A stretch of 64,000 nucleotides of DNA from Podarcis vaucheri (lineage: Eukaryota). The position numbers were made by a program, and so were the translations under genes. Within the stretch, counting starts at the first letter, position 1; the number at the start of each line of letters is the position of its first letter. The stretch lies in assembly GCA_965113315.1 (NCBI GenBank), contig OZ220365.1. One strand, written 5' to 3'. Positions 1-12,354 of the stretch are shown one piece after another. Below the pieces are notes generated by a model, which saw only the letters and a list, made by a program, of their open reading frames with translations, had not been told where the DNA came from and made no database searches.

Positions 1-477
1 CCTGGGGGGACAGCAGACCCGCAGTACCTCCGAACATCTCCCAGTAGGCACGTCTCTGGAATGGCATGTCCCTTCACTCCAGAGTGCCCCTCTGCGACAC
101 TTCTCAAATGAAAAGTGCACACAAGTCTTCTGGCACCACGCAGCAAGAAGATAGAAACATCTGTAGATCTAAACTACGTTTTATTCACAATATATACAGA
201 GAGTCCATAATCACGTCTGTGTCCTCCAAACTCTGGCAGGAAAACAAACAAATAGCAAAAGCGAAAGTACAGTCCAAGAACATTCTCAGACGGAAGAGAT
301 AAGACAGTCTTCCATTCCCACACTCTTCTCAGCCATCTCATGTGATTTATACTAATCACACTAGCCAGCATCGGCTTGCGTAAAATCCTAACATGTACTT
401 GGCTTGATGGACCAATGTCAGTGCACCCGCTCCTCATGGGCAATGAGAGGTCTGTACGCACTTTCCTTAACCTGTCA
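1..477 (-). mobile_element. LTR (Gypsy/ERV-like), cut by the window edge
   Basis: Minus strand starts TGACAGG at 477, with TATAAAT at 351-345 and AATAAA at 185-180 in U3-R-U5 order. More CpG-rich than the flank. The CA end and TSD lie outside the window. Confidence 0.6.
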
Positions 478-1959
478 AAGCTTCTGCATTATGATCAGTC
501 AAGGAAGATGAACTCTGAGTGGCAGCTTACTGAATAGATGGAGCAAGCTAGGTGCAGATATTAGCAGTGTGTGCTTGGCACCTACAGTGTTTAAGGGCAT
601 AGTCCTGGTCCAGTGTCTGCATACAATGGCTGGAGAGGATGTGGAAAATGAACCCTCTACACCTTATGGGGATTCCTTCCTATACAGAATTCTTAGTGCT
701 TCTGTTTTCCCCTTTGTAGAACCTAAGAAATAACCATCGAGGCTGCAGGAAAGTGTTTGAGCAGAATAGATACTTTGGGTTATTTGTAGCTAAAACTGCT
801 TTTGCTGAGGACAACTATAGACAATGAAATCTAATGTTTACACAAGGATCAAGCTCCACACAGCTGAATAATAAAGACACAATAAAAACTGAAATAATGT
901 GACTGTATTGTGTCTCTGGGGAATTAATGGCATTTACCTGAGATGCAGGTTTTAAAGTGGTTATTTACAGGGCTTTGAGTAGGGTAGTAAAAATTGTGTT
1001 AAGATTTATATTGCAAATAGCAACGTAATAGGACTTTGCACATACTCTGAATTCTAATTCCCCAATTAGATTGCTTCAGCTGTAGGAAAACATTTAGCTT
1101 TCTGATGTAACTACACTTCCCAAGGATCAGTCTGAATATTTAAAACTCAGTAATGTGGGTTTCCCCTCCCCCCCACTTTTGAACAAATGACATTAATCAG
1201 GTCATTCTTGTATTTTCATCCTTTCCTGCAGTTCTCTAAGAAATTAGCTACTGACTCTAGTGCAGCAAGTTCAATGTGGAATAGGAACGCATATCAGTTA
1301 TAGAAGCTCTGAATCCGTGCCTGAAAACTGTAGTAACTGAGAAAGCACTGGTTGTTGGTTCTGGTGCAACAGCAACACCACGAGGCTTCCATTTTCTTTA
1401 CTTGTTTATAGCCCAACATTTTGGTAGGATTTGTGAAAAGTGTGTTGTGGATATAGAACTATATTAGTGTTGCCATTTATTTCTCTTTTCAGGAGCTACC
1501 AAACACATTTTTAAAACATAGGGGGCGGGGAGTGAAATCATCATTTGAAAGGGCAAAAATGGCAGCCTTCATCTTGCAGATTGAATGATGCCTGAAGGCA
1601 GCCAGTAGGCTGTTCCTGCACTAGACCAATGGGCATTTGTCTCTTTCTGTAGCATTTCTCCCGTGGGATTCTTAAACATGCAAGCAGCATATGTGACCTT
1701 GCTTCCTTGCTCCTTTGATCTGTTCCTCCTGGGACTGAGATGAGACAAGCACCATCAAATAAAGTGTCTGTCATTGTTTTGCTTGGACACATGCAGGCAA
1801 CTGTAGCATGAATTAGGAGCATGGGAAGCCAGCTCATGGGCAAGGAGCACATCTAGGCTTGCAAACTGAATAAAACAGCAGGAGGCAGACCAGCAGGAAA
1901 CCACTGGGGGCTGTGAGACACACGCCACATACCTAAACTACAGGAAGCTGATGCGCCTG

Positions 1960-2260
1960 AGCTCAACAATCGGGATTGTCTGGACAAGTCCTTAATTACA
2001 ATTAGGGAGGCCCAAACAGAACTGATATATTAGTTTGAGAACCCCTGAGGTGTGGAGAATAACTCTCACTTTTCGCAAATAGGATTCTACCATAATTAAA
2101 GCACAATTTGCTCTCACAAAAGCACCACCGTTTCCCTTTAAAAACAAGAGATGTAATTATGCCAGTTAATTAGCATTCCTGCACTTAACTCCTCTAATCA
2201 GCCATTTGTGCCGGAAATACCTTCATGGCATCACAGATGGGTTTAATTTAGATTTTGTTT
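1960..2260. promoter_or_regulatory. Candidate enhancer or conserved non-coding element
   Basis: No recognisable repeat. Inverted SOX pair ACAAT-cggg-ATTGT (1966-1979) and a cluster of TAATTA/TAAT homeodomain cores. Confidence 0.35.
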
Positions 2261-2874
2261 TTCATTTTTAACCTCAAGTCATAGCCGACACTGGTATCAT
2301 CTAATTTTTACATTTGAAGGTCTGCAAAATGTTTGCCGAAGCCCACTTTATGCATTACAAGGAGTGGTGAAACATGCACAAATTCCTCATTTCCACTTTA
2401 TACTAGAAGAATGGCGGTAGAAGCAGAAGTCATTTGCACATCTCCTTTTCACCACCTTCTAAGGGGCACATTCAAAATAATGTCAAATATTCCCACATGT
2501 GAGGAAGACCTCTTCTTTTGATGGGGCAGGAGGGAGAGTGTGTGTGGCTGCTTCTGTTTCACATTGTAATCATGGCTTGGAGTAGTTCAGGCATCCATTT
2601 TGCCCCCAGAGAGAGAAGAATGGAGGCAGAAAGACAATTTACAAATTGGGACATGAAACCATAAAGAGAATACATTACAGAATTGTTTTTTTTACTGCCA
2701 TTGTAGCTCTAAATTATAGCATAATGAACACTACTTAAATGGCTTCTTTTTCCTCTTCTCTTTTCATTAATTTAATTTATTTTTGTGTTGCAATTCTCCC
2801 CCCACCCCATTTCCCCCACTTCCTCTCTCCTCATTAGTCTTTTTCTTTTTGTAATGCTCTTGTTAGGTACTTAC

Positions 2875-2911
2875 AATCCAGTTGTAATCAGTTGCTGCAG
2901 CATTTGTAGAG
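2875..2911 (-). other. Candidate 37-bp exon on the NKAIN2 strand, downstream of the gene
   Basis: Branch point CTGAC about 26 nt upstream, tgttttcctttcAG acceptor and ATT|GTAAGT donor. Confidence 0.45.
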
Positions 2912-3503
2912 CTGAAAGGAAAACATTACTGAGTTGTCAGCATGTTTTCAACTTCATTTAAAATGACAACGTGGTAATCAGCCATACATGCTGCATGAGA
3001 GCAGTTACGATGGTGAGAGGGGAAGAAGAATCGGTGTTAGTTCTTTGCCATTAAATCTTCCCAACAGCGACCCACATATTTGTTTTCTAAGCAGTTTGAG
3101 GGCTCTGATTGTCATTCTCTGGTTCTCTCTCTCGTTATGATTGTGGAATGATCCATTCATTCCAGACTTGGCAAAGGATATTCACTGGGAATCTTTTAAG
3201 TTGGAGGTGACCCAAAAGTAATAATGAAAAATGCAATTGCCTGTACTTTCATGTGCTGCTATTAGTTGTGGTACATTGGCTTCACTTTTTCTTCCCCTTT
3301 TTTATGGTCAAAGTGGCTGCGAGTCAGTAGGGAAGGTTTGATAAAGATACAGCCTTAATTGAGGAACATGAACCTTAAGTGTTATATTGATGAAACTGGC
3401 ACCACATACGAGTCTCCTGCTTGGCATCTTTTGAACATTACCATGATATGCAGACCTAGTATATTGTCATTTCCCCCCATAATCTCCTTTTTACACTTGG
3501 AGA

Positions 3504-3552
3504 GGAGCTGTAGCTCAGTTGTAGAGCACATGGTTTGCATGGAAAACGTACC
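3504..3552 (+). mobile_element. Degenerate tRNA-Ala-derived SINE head
   Basis: GGAGCTGTAGCTCAGTTGTAGAGCACATGGTTTGCATG resembles the tRNA-Ala(TGC) 5' half (A box). B box and acceptor stem are lost. Confidence 0.6.
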
Positions 3553-4679
3553 TGCCCTGCCCAAACCAGCTGCTGCTGTAGCTTTTAATGAGTGAATGCA
3601 GGGAAGTGGTTGATATAGTAGAGTTTGTTGCAACACATACACAAGGTCCACCATTTCTCTTCCTAATTCCCCAATTCAGAAGAAAATAAAGGCAAAACGA
3701 TTAAATAAAAGTAGATACTTATCACAGAAAGAGATTCACACAGTGTCCATTGCTGCTTGCGTGCAATCTCTCTCTCTCAGTCACAAAACAAATACAATGA
3801 AACAACAAAAGCTCCTCAAGATAAGAAACATGCCCTGTTGCTTCTCTGATTACCAGAACATGAGATGTGGACTACAAGGAAAGAACTCTGAGCGTGCTCA
3901 GAACAGATGTATGATTCGGATGACCCTATTAGAGACCAGGAGGGCTATTCTTCAAGCAGTCGTACCTAGTCTGATGTTGTGGCTGGCAGGTCTATGCAGA
4001 GCTTGTCTGAAGACCAGGTTGGGAGTTTTTTTTAAAAAAATAAAGTTATGCACTCAAACAAAAAAGCAGCTGGTCTCTGGCAGGTCCCCCAGCCAGTTTA
4101 GCCCTCTGTGACCCAGGGCAAGTGTCCTTGGCTGCCCCACATCCTGCATGGGCCTGCTGGCTGGATGGCTGTTATAACAACAACAGGGAGAAGTGGGAAA
4201 CTGCAGAATAGGCAGCCATCCTAATATTCAAATTTCACATGGCTTTTCTGCCCAGAGAGACACATGGGAAGGACCTTGTTACCATAGTAATACTTTTGGA
4301 TTAGGATCAGCTGACTGGTGCAGGGAGCTGATTACCCAGAGAACAGACAATTGGGATAAATGTCTCCAGGAGTTTTTCTCTCAGTTCAAAAAGAGGTATT
4401 AAATGGGGGCAGGGACAGGAAAGAGTAGGCAGCTTTGAGATTTTTGAGGATTTTAAAATATATTTTTTATTTTTATTTTTTAAAAAAACTCCTGGCACTT
4501 TCCATGGGAGCACTGTGTCCCTGTAGCCTCAGTGCATAAGCATCAACTGACAGTAAAGTACACTCAGCTGTTGAACACTGTTGGCAGGGAAGGAGACAAA
4601 CATGCCAGCTGGTGTGTGTATATGTGTGTGTTTGCAAGAGCTATGAGCTGAATGACCTGAGAATTTAGAATTTCAGCAG

Positions 4680-4931
4680 GAAGAAGAAGAAGAAGAGTTT
4701 GGATTTGATATCCCACCTTTCACTCCCCTTCAGGAGTCTCAAAGCGGCTAACATTTTCCTTTCCCTTCCTCCCCCACAACAAACACTCTGTGAGGTGAGT
4801 GGGGCTGAGAGACTTCACAGAAGTGTGACTGGCCCAAGGTCACCCAGCAGCTGCATGTGGAGGAGCGGAGACACGAACCCGGTTTCCCAGATTACGTGAC
4901 TACCGCTCTTAACCACTACACCACACTGGCT
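4680..4931 (-). mobile_element. Full-length tRNA-derived squamate SINE (Squam3-like) with (CTT)n tail
   Basis: Minus strand: AGCCAGTGTGGTGTAGTGGTTAAGAGC (A box)...GGTTCGTGTCTCC (B box)...GTGACCTTGGGCCAGTCAC...L2-like 3' end, then (CTT)5. Confidence 0.9.
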
Positions 4932-6433
4932 GTGGAATATTTCCACAGCCATCCTCAAATGGCCACACAATGCTGATTCCCAGATGGAAACAGAACGGGA
5001 GGGCAGTTGAATTATGAGCCAATATAGGTGTGAAGAACTGGCTAGCTATGGCCCTGCACAAACATTAAAATACAACTGTTAGCTTCTTCTCAGTTTCTTT
5101 TCTTTTGTAAAATGGGCTTGCTCCCCCCCACTTTTCTTCTCTTCCCATTAATCTTAGTTACCTTTGCTTCTGTGGTAAGGTTGCCATTTCCCCAAGTGGC
5201 AGAAAGATTTAGGAGCCTTCTGAAGACTCAGCTCTCTTTTATGGGACAAGAATTGGACACTTGGGCTTTTCCATAAACTTGTTTATGCATCAATTTACAG
5301 GTTAAATAGAAGAACTTGCCAGCTAAGGCAGGTTGCAATTCCTCTGATATATAGTCATTACTGTTGAAGATGCCATGAACGTCTGTAAAGAAATAATTTC
5401 AACTGAAGCTGATCAACATTTTGCAGCTTGTTCAATTAACTTTGCTGGCACCTGTTAAGGCTTAGGGAGAAGTAGTGATATACAAGATTATTTCATTCCT
5501 TTTTATTATTAAAAACTTCATTCATTTCATTGCTCATTTGTAAGGGGGCTTCATTTTGGTTCCTTATACATTAACATTACTGTACATTCATTTCACTACA
5601 TACATGCACTTTTGTTCCATTTGTTTCTTTTTTTCTTTCCTAGCTTTATTTTTCTAGTTTTAATGTACCAGAGCAAGTGCAATGTCTAGGGCATCTGGAA
5701 AAATAACATGGCTGCTGTCAGGGAGCTACCACTGAAATTAGCTCCACTACAACTAAAACAAAGCAGAGACCCCAGCTTGAAATAAGCACTGCATGGTATA
5801 ACGAAAACAAACAGCATTGGTGCCCATTTGTTATTGATACAATTAATTGAGTAATGAATAGAAAATGAACTGAATGGGGCCCATTGGTTTCAAGTTTTAA
5901 TTCATTATGAAACAAATACACAAGCTGATTTCACACCTACGGCCGCTACCCACCCCTTGCTAACCCACATTTTCAATCTATTGTTTAAGTAAAATGAACA
6001 TCGATTCAGCTAGTTTGTAAATTTCATTATTGCTTTATGCTTCTCCTTTGCTTTGTTTCTCCCAGTTATTAAGGAGCTAAAACAGTGCAGAGACAAGAGG
6101 AACTGGATATACTTTATTTTATAAAAGTACTGTACTGTATACCCGGTTTTCTTTATAAACGTGGTATACTCAACATAGTATATAAAGAAGTTTAAAATAA
6201 TTTGCTAAAATCGATTTCTTAAATTAAAACCAAGAACAAGGTAAAACAAGTAAGCATAAAAACAAGGAGACAAAAGGTTAAATGACACTAAAGCTGGGTG
6301 GGAACAGTAGCATTAGCTGCTCAAACATTAAAATGATGAGGGTCTAGGGTTCCATAGCACTGGTGCTGCAGTGAGAAAGATGCAATACAGGGCCAGTTTG
6401 GGGTGGGGGGGCACTCATCCTAGATCTCTAGTT

Positions 6434-6687
6434 CATGGATAGGCAGACTAAGGCCCGGGGGCTGGATCTGGCCCAATTGCCTTCTAAATCCAGCCCACAG
6501 ACAGTCCGAGAATCAGTGTGCTTTTACATGAGTAGAATGTGCCCTTTTATTTAAAATGCATCTCTGGGTTATTTGCGGGGCATAGGAATTCGTTCATCCC
6601 CCCCAAAAAAAAACACACCACCCATAGTCCACAAGGTTTGAGGGACAGTGGACCAGCCCCCTGCTGAAAAAGTTTGCTGACCTCCTG
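6434..6687. mobile_element. hAT (Charlie-type) MITE
   Basis: Ends CATGGATAGGCAGACT / AGTTTGCTGACCTCCTG. Perfect 8-bp TSD CTCTAGTT at 6426-6433 and 6688-6695. Confidence 0.92.
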
Positions 6688-6734
6688 CTCTAGTTGATTC
6701 CAAAAGATGCTGCCAGGGGACTTCTGGTGATCCA

Positions 6735-6948
6735 GAGTGACACTCAGTATACTATCTTGTTCCTCATGCTGTTTAACATATAAACACACTGCTAGGAGAA
6801 TTTATCCTGGGTTTTGGGAGTTAGCTGTCTTCAAAATATGGATGGCATGCAGTTCTAACTTTCCCATTTAACTGATGCCAAGGAAGTAGTGGAAGTTTTG
6901 AGCCGGTATGTGAATGCATAATACCTTGGATGAAGGCTAACAAGCTCA
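6735..6948 (+). mobile_element. Decayed L2-clade LINE reverse-transcriptase fragment
   Basis: Broken frames give ILFLMLFNI, a degenerate YADD region, DAKEVVEVL and WMKANKL. Confidence 0.7.
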
Positions 6949-8529
6949 GTAAGTTCTCTTGCAAATAACAGAGTAGCACATCAGTCTCTCCCTTAGGTAG
7001 ACCAGTCTGGATGTAAAAAGGAAAGAGAAAAAAAGGAAATGAAAGGGGGGGGGAGCAGAAAGAACTTGGATTTGTTTGGGACCTTCTTGGGATCTAATTG
7101 ACATTAAAACACTTTCCCATTGCATACGATGAGGGAATTGTTTTATACTCATTCCCCAAGCGAAAGAACCCAAATGAATAGAGAGTAGTTTCTTCTCCCA
7201 TTGTCTAAAACCTTTCACTTGCTCCAAATATGTCAAAAAATCTGTCAGCAGTAGCATTATTATCCTGATGCGAATGTGCCTGCAACTAGACAGCCGCTGG
7301 TCTGTGACATATTTCCCATGCGGAGTCCCCCCCCCCCACTTTCTGGCATTTCAGCAATACACTCATGTGTTTTGATACAACACTAAGCTTGCAGTTGATG
7401 GTGGTGTGCTTGAAAGGGAATTTTTAATTTCTTGCTGATGGCAACTGCCTTATTAATGTATTTGCCCTGTGTTCTTTAAGCTTCACAAATTAATGGCTAT
7501 TAATTCGGGGGGGGGGATACCTCCCAAAGAAGTTCAGAGTTACCTCCAGTCTTGGAGGGAGGCCCACCAGGAAAAAAATGGTTGGAGATAACAGGAGGGA
7601 GGAATATACACGTGTTTTAGTACTCTCTCCTGCTATGCCCATGTTATGCTTTAAACTGCCTCATTCCCTCACTTTATTAGAATTCAGTGACAACTCTGTT
7701 CTAACACAGGGGTAGGCTAATCTATATATGGAAGATCCATTTATAGTTCAAAACAGTTGCAGGGCTGCTAATCTCTTTGGGCTCAACTGTTTCCCACTAA
7801 GTCATTTCCCTAATCAAGATTATTCTACAATGCTGCTATTAGCTGCTGTACTAGGAAAATATGATATAAATTGTATTGATTGTATTCCAGATGTATTTTG
7901 TCTGGCCCCAAAAGCCTGACTTCAGATACTCTGAATCACATTGTTCCAGTTTACTCCTCATAGAACCATTTCTGCCTTGTAATAACAATCTGTTCATGTA
8001 TCAGCCTACATGTTAACAGTTTAACATTTTGCTACTCAAATGAGGAACACACAACTAGCAGAGTCCTTCTACTTGTCATCTGTATCATATTTTTTTTATA
8101 ATTATGAAGTAAGGAACAAGTTCATATATCGGTTACAGATCCTGAGAAATGAGGCTTCAAAAATAGCCATAATATTTAAATTCAATTTGATCTTCCCCCC
8201 GCCCCCACAAGCTGGGCTTGTTTGTATGACACTCCAATTGAATTTTATGGTTTTAATATATTTTTGTATGTTTCTAATTTGTTGTCAACTTGTTTGGAAT
8301 TTTTTGTAAACTGCAAATTTTATTGAAAGTGAATGCAAACCCTTTAAAACCAAATAATAAATAAATAATTTGCTGGGCCTGGACCAGAAAGGGAGCCGGT
8401 AATCCAGTTTTAAAGTCCTGACATTTATCTGTTTAATGCAAGATCCTGACCCTAGTACAAGAGGAATGCCACCATCTATTGTTTTGCTAACTTTGATGCA
8501 GAAAAATCCTAGTGTTTATGGTCCCTATA

Positions 8530-8790
8530 CAGTGGTACCTCTGGTTGCGAACGGGATCTGTTCCGGAGGCTCATTCGCAACATGAAAAGAGCACAACCCA
8601 CAGCGGCGCATCTGCGCACATGCGGGTTGCGATTCAGTGCTTCTGCGCATGCACGTGATGTCATTTTTGCGCTTCTGCACATGCGTGAGCGGCGAAACCC
8701 GGAAGTAACCCTTTCCAGTACTTCCAGGTCGCCGTGGGACATAACCTGAAGGAACATAACCTGAAGCAAACGTAACATGAGGTATGACTG
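8530..8790. mobile_element. Tc1/mariner (Tigger-like) MITE, 261 bp
   Basis: TIRs CAGTGGTACCTC / GAGGTATGACTG, TA at 8528-8529 and 8791-8792. CpG-rich interior with repeated GCGCATGC motifs. Confidence 0.92.
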
Positions 8791-9641
8791 TACTTTGGAG
8801 GAAACCGTGACTGTTCAAAGTGTCACCCTCGTGTTTTAAATGCATGGTGTGAATGTGGCCTTAGTATTAAGAAGCTGGTAATTTGAGGACTTGCCCTAAG
8901 GTCACAAGATCAAGACCTAGAAACTGAAGCACAGGTTTGTCTTGGAGGCTCTGGAGAGCACAGCTGTTTCAAGCCCTTCCTCTTGTTTTGTCTTGTGTAC
9001 CCAGAGCCATTACATGGGTCAGAAGTGCACTGAATCCACTGGAAGCAGTTTTCTGAACATACAACTAGAAGCTGTCGGAGTCACACCCAGAGGAAGCAAT
9101 AAGGCCTTTGTAAGTGCTGCTTTTTATATTCTTATAAACATGGGCATGTTACAACCACCATCAAGCCTGTAGCCGCCAGGGGATATTGCAGATAACTTGA
9201 AAATGTTTATTTAGACTTCCTTGGGAGGAAGGGTAGGATATAACGTTAATAGATATATAAAATAAATAATAACCTTTGTCTGGCAGCAGAGGGGCTGGCT
9301 GAAAAATAGGGAACCATTTGCAAGGTAGTCCGGATTGTGCAGTTTGGTTTCAGCCGAACTGCTTTCTGGTCTCCCAAGTTAGTTGCGGTTCTCAAACTAT
9401 ACTTGGAAGCCACAGAGTGCTGCCCCACTGCCAGACAGACGCAGTCAGCCTGCAGAGAGGAGTTTCTGATATGTTCCTTCTACATCCCTCCTAAAAACAA
9501 TGCTATTGAGAGTAAAATAGAGAGCCTGGTAAGGGCATTCCCTAGAATTGTCAATCACAAAGCAGCATCCACTCTCTGCGGCCTCTTTCTCCTCCTTTTG
9601 GCCTGAAATGCACAACCTTTAGCATATGTATGAAGGAGTAA

Positions 9642-9854
9642 TATTTATTTATTTTGCCAATTAATTTTTATTAAGTTTTCAATTTTAAAAAAACAAATGA
9701 ACAAATTTGAGAAATCTCAGATTAGCAATTTAAAAATTGCAAATTAATTTCCAGTTTAATATATCCTTAGAGATTGATTTACCACCCGTACCTCCATGGT
9801 GTTTATATTTCGCACTCTTTCCTACTGTGTTATACAAAGAGATCTTATCTATTA
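9642..9854 (-). mobile_element. 5'-truncated L1 3' UTR insertion
   Basis: 14-bp TSD GTATGAAGGAGTAA (9628-9641, 9855-9868). AATAAA and A-rich tail on the minus strand. Confidence 0.8.
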
Positions 9855-10138
9855 GTATGAAGGAGTAAATGTAACCACATAGCGAGCTTGAGGGAGGTAC
9901 AAAAATGTATGAAATTGGGCCATAAAAAAATAAATTACTCTTCTGAGGCGGTTCTGGAGTTTGGGGACTAGCTTGTTTTGCCTTGGATTCAAGTTGTGTC
10001 AGATTCTGAGGAAGTTCTCAGAAGTGGGCATATTCTTCTCGAACCTCTGCTTCGTGCAAGGTGCAAAGCAGCACTGTAGCAAATGAGAAGCAGATTTGCG
10101 CAGACTCTGCTATCCTCTGAGAAGAGGATGTTTTCCAA

Positions 10139-10406
10139 CTGGACTCCTTGGCTGGCTTTGAATAAACATTCACAAACTTTTTATTGATAGTAATCAGCTA
10201 AATAGTTTGAGGATCTATACAACTTTGTAACATGCAGAAAACAGCATTCTCAGAGAAATCAAAGACTGGAACTGAAGGAAGCGGGGGTGGGGTGGGGTTG
10301 TGTGGGAGGGTGGGGGAGGGAGGAAAAATGGGGAAAAAAATAAGGATGATATGTTTCTGGATAATATGTTTTGTTTTAATTTTGAATTTAAAAAAAATTT
10401 AAAAAA
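10139..10406 (+). mobile_element. 5'-truncated L1 (ORF2 end LDSLAGFE*, G-rich 3' UTR, A tail)
   Basis: 20-bp TSD GAGAAGAGGATGTTTTCCAA (10119-10138, 10407-10426). Confidence 0.85.
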
Positions 10407-12354
10407 GAGAAGAGGATGTTTTCCAAAGGTTTATTAATGAAACTGTAAGAATAATGAAGCAGAATGACAGAATGCAAACTCTTGAAGAGAGACTAAGCTG
10501 TGTATGGCCTTAGTAAGTAACTCCCAGCAGCACTCTTAAAATGACTTATTGGTTAATTGAATCAGTCTATCATCTTTTGGTGACAGCATCAATTTGCAGA
10601 CTTTTTGGTGTGTGCGGCGCCGTCAGAGTTACCAGTATAAAAGCACATCAGGGTAAAATGAAGTATGGAATGCATTAATCTGAAAGTACACATGTGTATA
10701 ATTTCTTTTATGTTAGATAGTGTGGGATTCAATTATGTAACTAAAAAGCAATGTTGGCTATATTGCCGTCTTCCCCAGTTTTTAGTGTTTAGGATTTTGA
10801 AGTGAGCTGACAGAAGGAAGTGCACTCTGGGGTTAAGAGTCAGAAATCAGGCTGCCAACATTTTTTTTCTGGACCATAATAAGTTGGAATTTAGCAAGAG
10901 CGTGCAGACAGAATGATGTAGAAAGCTTGTTGTTTTCCTGTCCTACAGAAAGAGCCTAGCAGCCAAGTCTGAGGTTTATTTTGCTTCCCATGGTTATGAA
11001 TTGTGTTGTTCAGTTTGGGAAATTGATCTCCTTGCTTCTTTCCTTTTCGATATAAATGTTTCTTTATGCCAGGATTTGCCCCGATGCCCACAGGTTCCCT
11101 TCTGCCTGCTGTAATAAGGCTCAAAAGAAGCCTTCTATTGTAGCCAATGACATTGGTTATACCCATGACAGTTTCTCCAGTTAGCAAATGTGCACACAGC
11201 CCCAAAAAGGTTGTCAACCCCTACGTTATTATAAAGATTATACTTTCTCAATACAGACCTTGATGCCTAGTTTTCACTAAGGCCATAAACCTGGTTTTTA
11301 CGAACACCACTTTGGGCAGAGAAGGGTCCACGTGGCTAAATGCTCTGTCATGCAACAATGAAATTATGAACATGGAAGACTAGTTATCAGAGAAATGTCT
11401 AGGCTAGCATCCTTTATTACCCAGGACTCTAGTTATCTGCCACAATTTCTCTGCCTGCCTAAAATGTACCACTTCCCCTGACCCTAGATCTCTTGTGAGT
11501 TTTTTCTACACTTCCCCCTGATTGGCCCTTCTTTCTTCAACTCACCATCTTTTTCATTCCTGTCTTTATTTTATTTATAAGAATATTTGAAATCTGTCAA
11601 CTCATAAAGAAACAAATATGGTAGTGTTTTCTTAGCTCTCAACCTCTTCCACCTTGCTCTCTCAAATGGCCCAGCTGCCTGTGATGTTGCTCATGTTTCT
11701 AGAATAGTGTTCTTAAGTCGCCTACTTTTATTCCACCCTCCCTCGTTATTTGCCTCCAAAAGGTACTGTTTACTGCAGAAAGCAGCCAGGTAGGCATGAA
11801 GTTTAGCCCTCAGATTCCTGTTTCTTAGCAACAGGAACCTGAAGTTCATCACTGCCTTGGCTCACTTCCTGAGACACCCTGCCTCCAGGCTTCCTGTTAA
11901 TTTTCCTGTTACCTGGATCCTTTTTCAACTCAGTATTTCAGGTCTGCTGCCCCACAGCTCCTCCTGTCTTTAAGCTTCGTGTGGGCTTCAGTCCAAGACC
12001 AAGTACTTTACAACTGCCATATTTTGGCAAAAAAAGCTGCTTTCTCAAGCACCTTGAAAGCCACCAAACATGGCAGGTGAGTACCATTCAATTGGAAAAG
12101 TCACAAGCTGTGCAGGACTGAGTTTTGCTTGAAATTCCAAAACATCAAATCAGTTTAGTCAACTGGCGCTGAAGGCTTTTTATTGCAGCTATGCTAAATT
12201 CTGCAGTGTATTAAATCTACATTTGCTTTCTCTGTTTTGATGCTGTACTGAAGGTCAGCATTGTCTAGTTTTATTGGAAAAATTAGGTGGAGGTTTGCTT
12301 GATTGTAGAGGTTAGGATTTAGAATGATTTTTATAATTTGAATTCAGCTATTAA

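Noticed and set aside
3504-3552. tRNA genes here and at 50810-50885
   Set aside because: Cloverleaf, B box and acceptor stems are broken; these are SINE heads.
6946-7300. 103-aa ORF or possible L1/Tx1 3' end
   Set aside because: Only a vague DRFFDI(W) resemblance, with no TSD or tail identified. Left uncalled.
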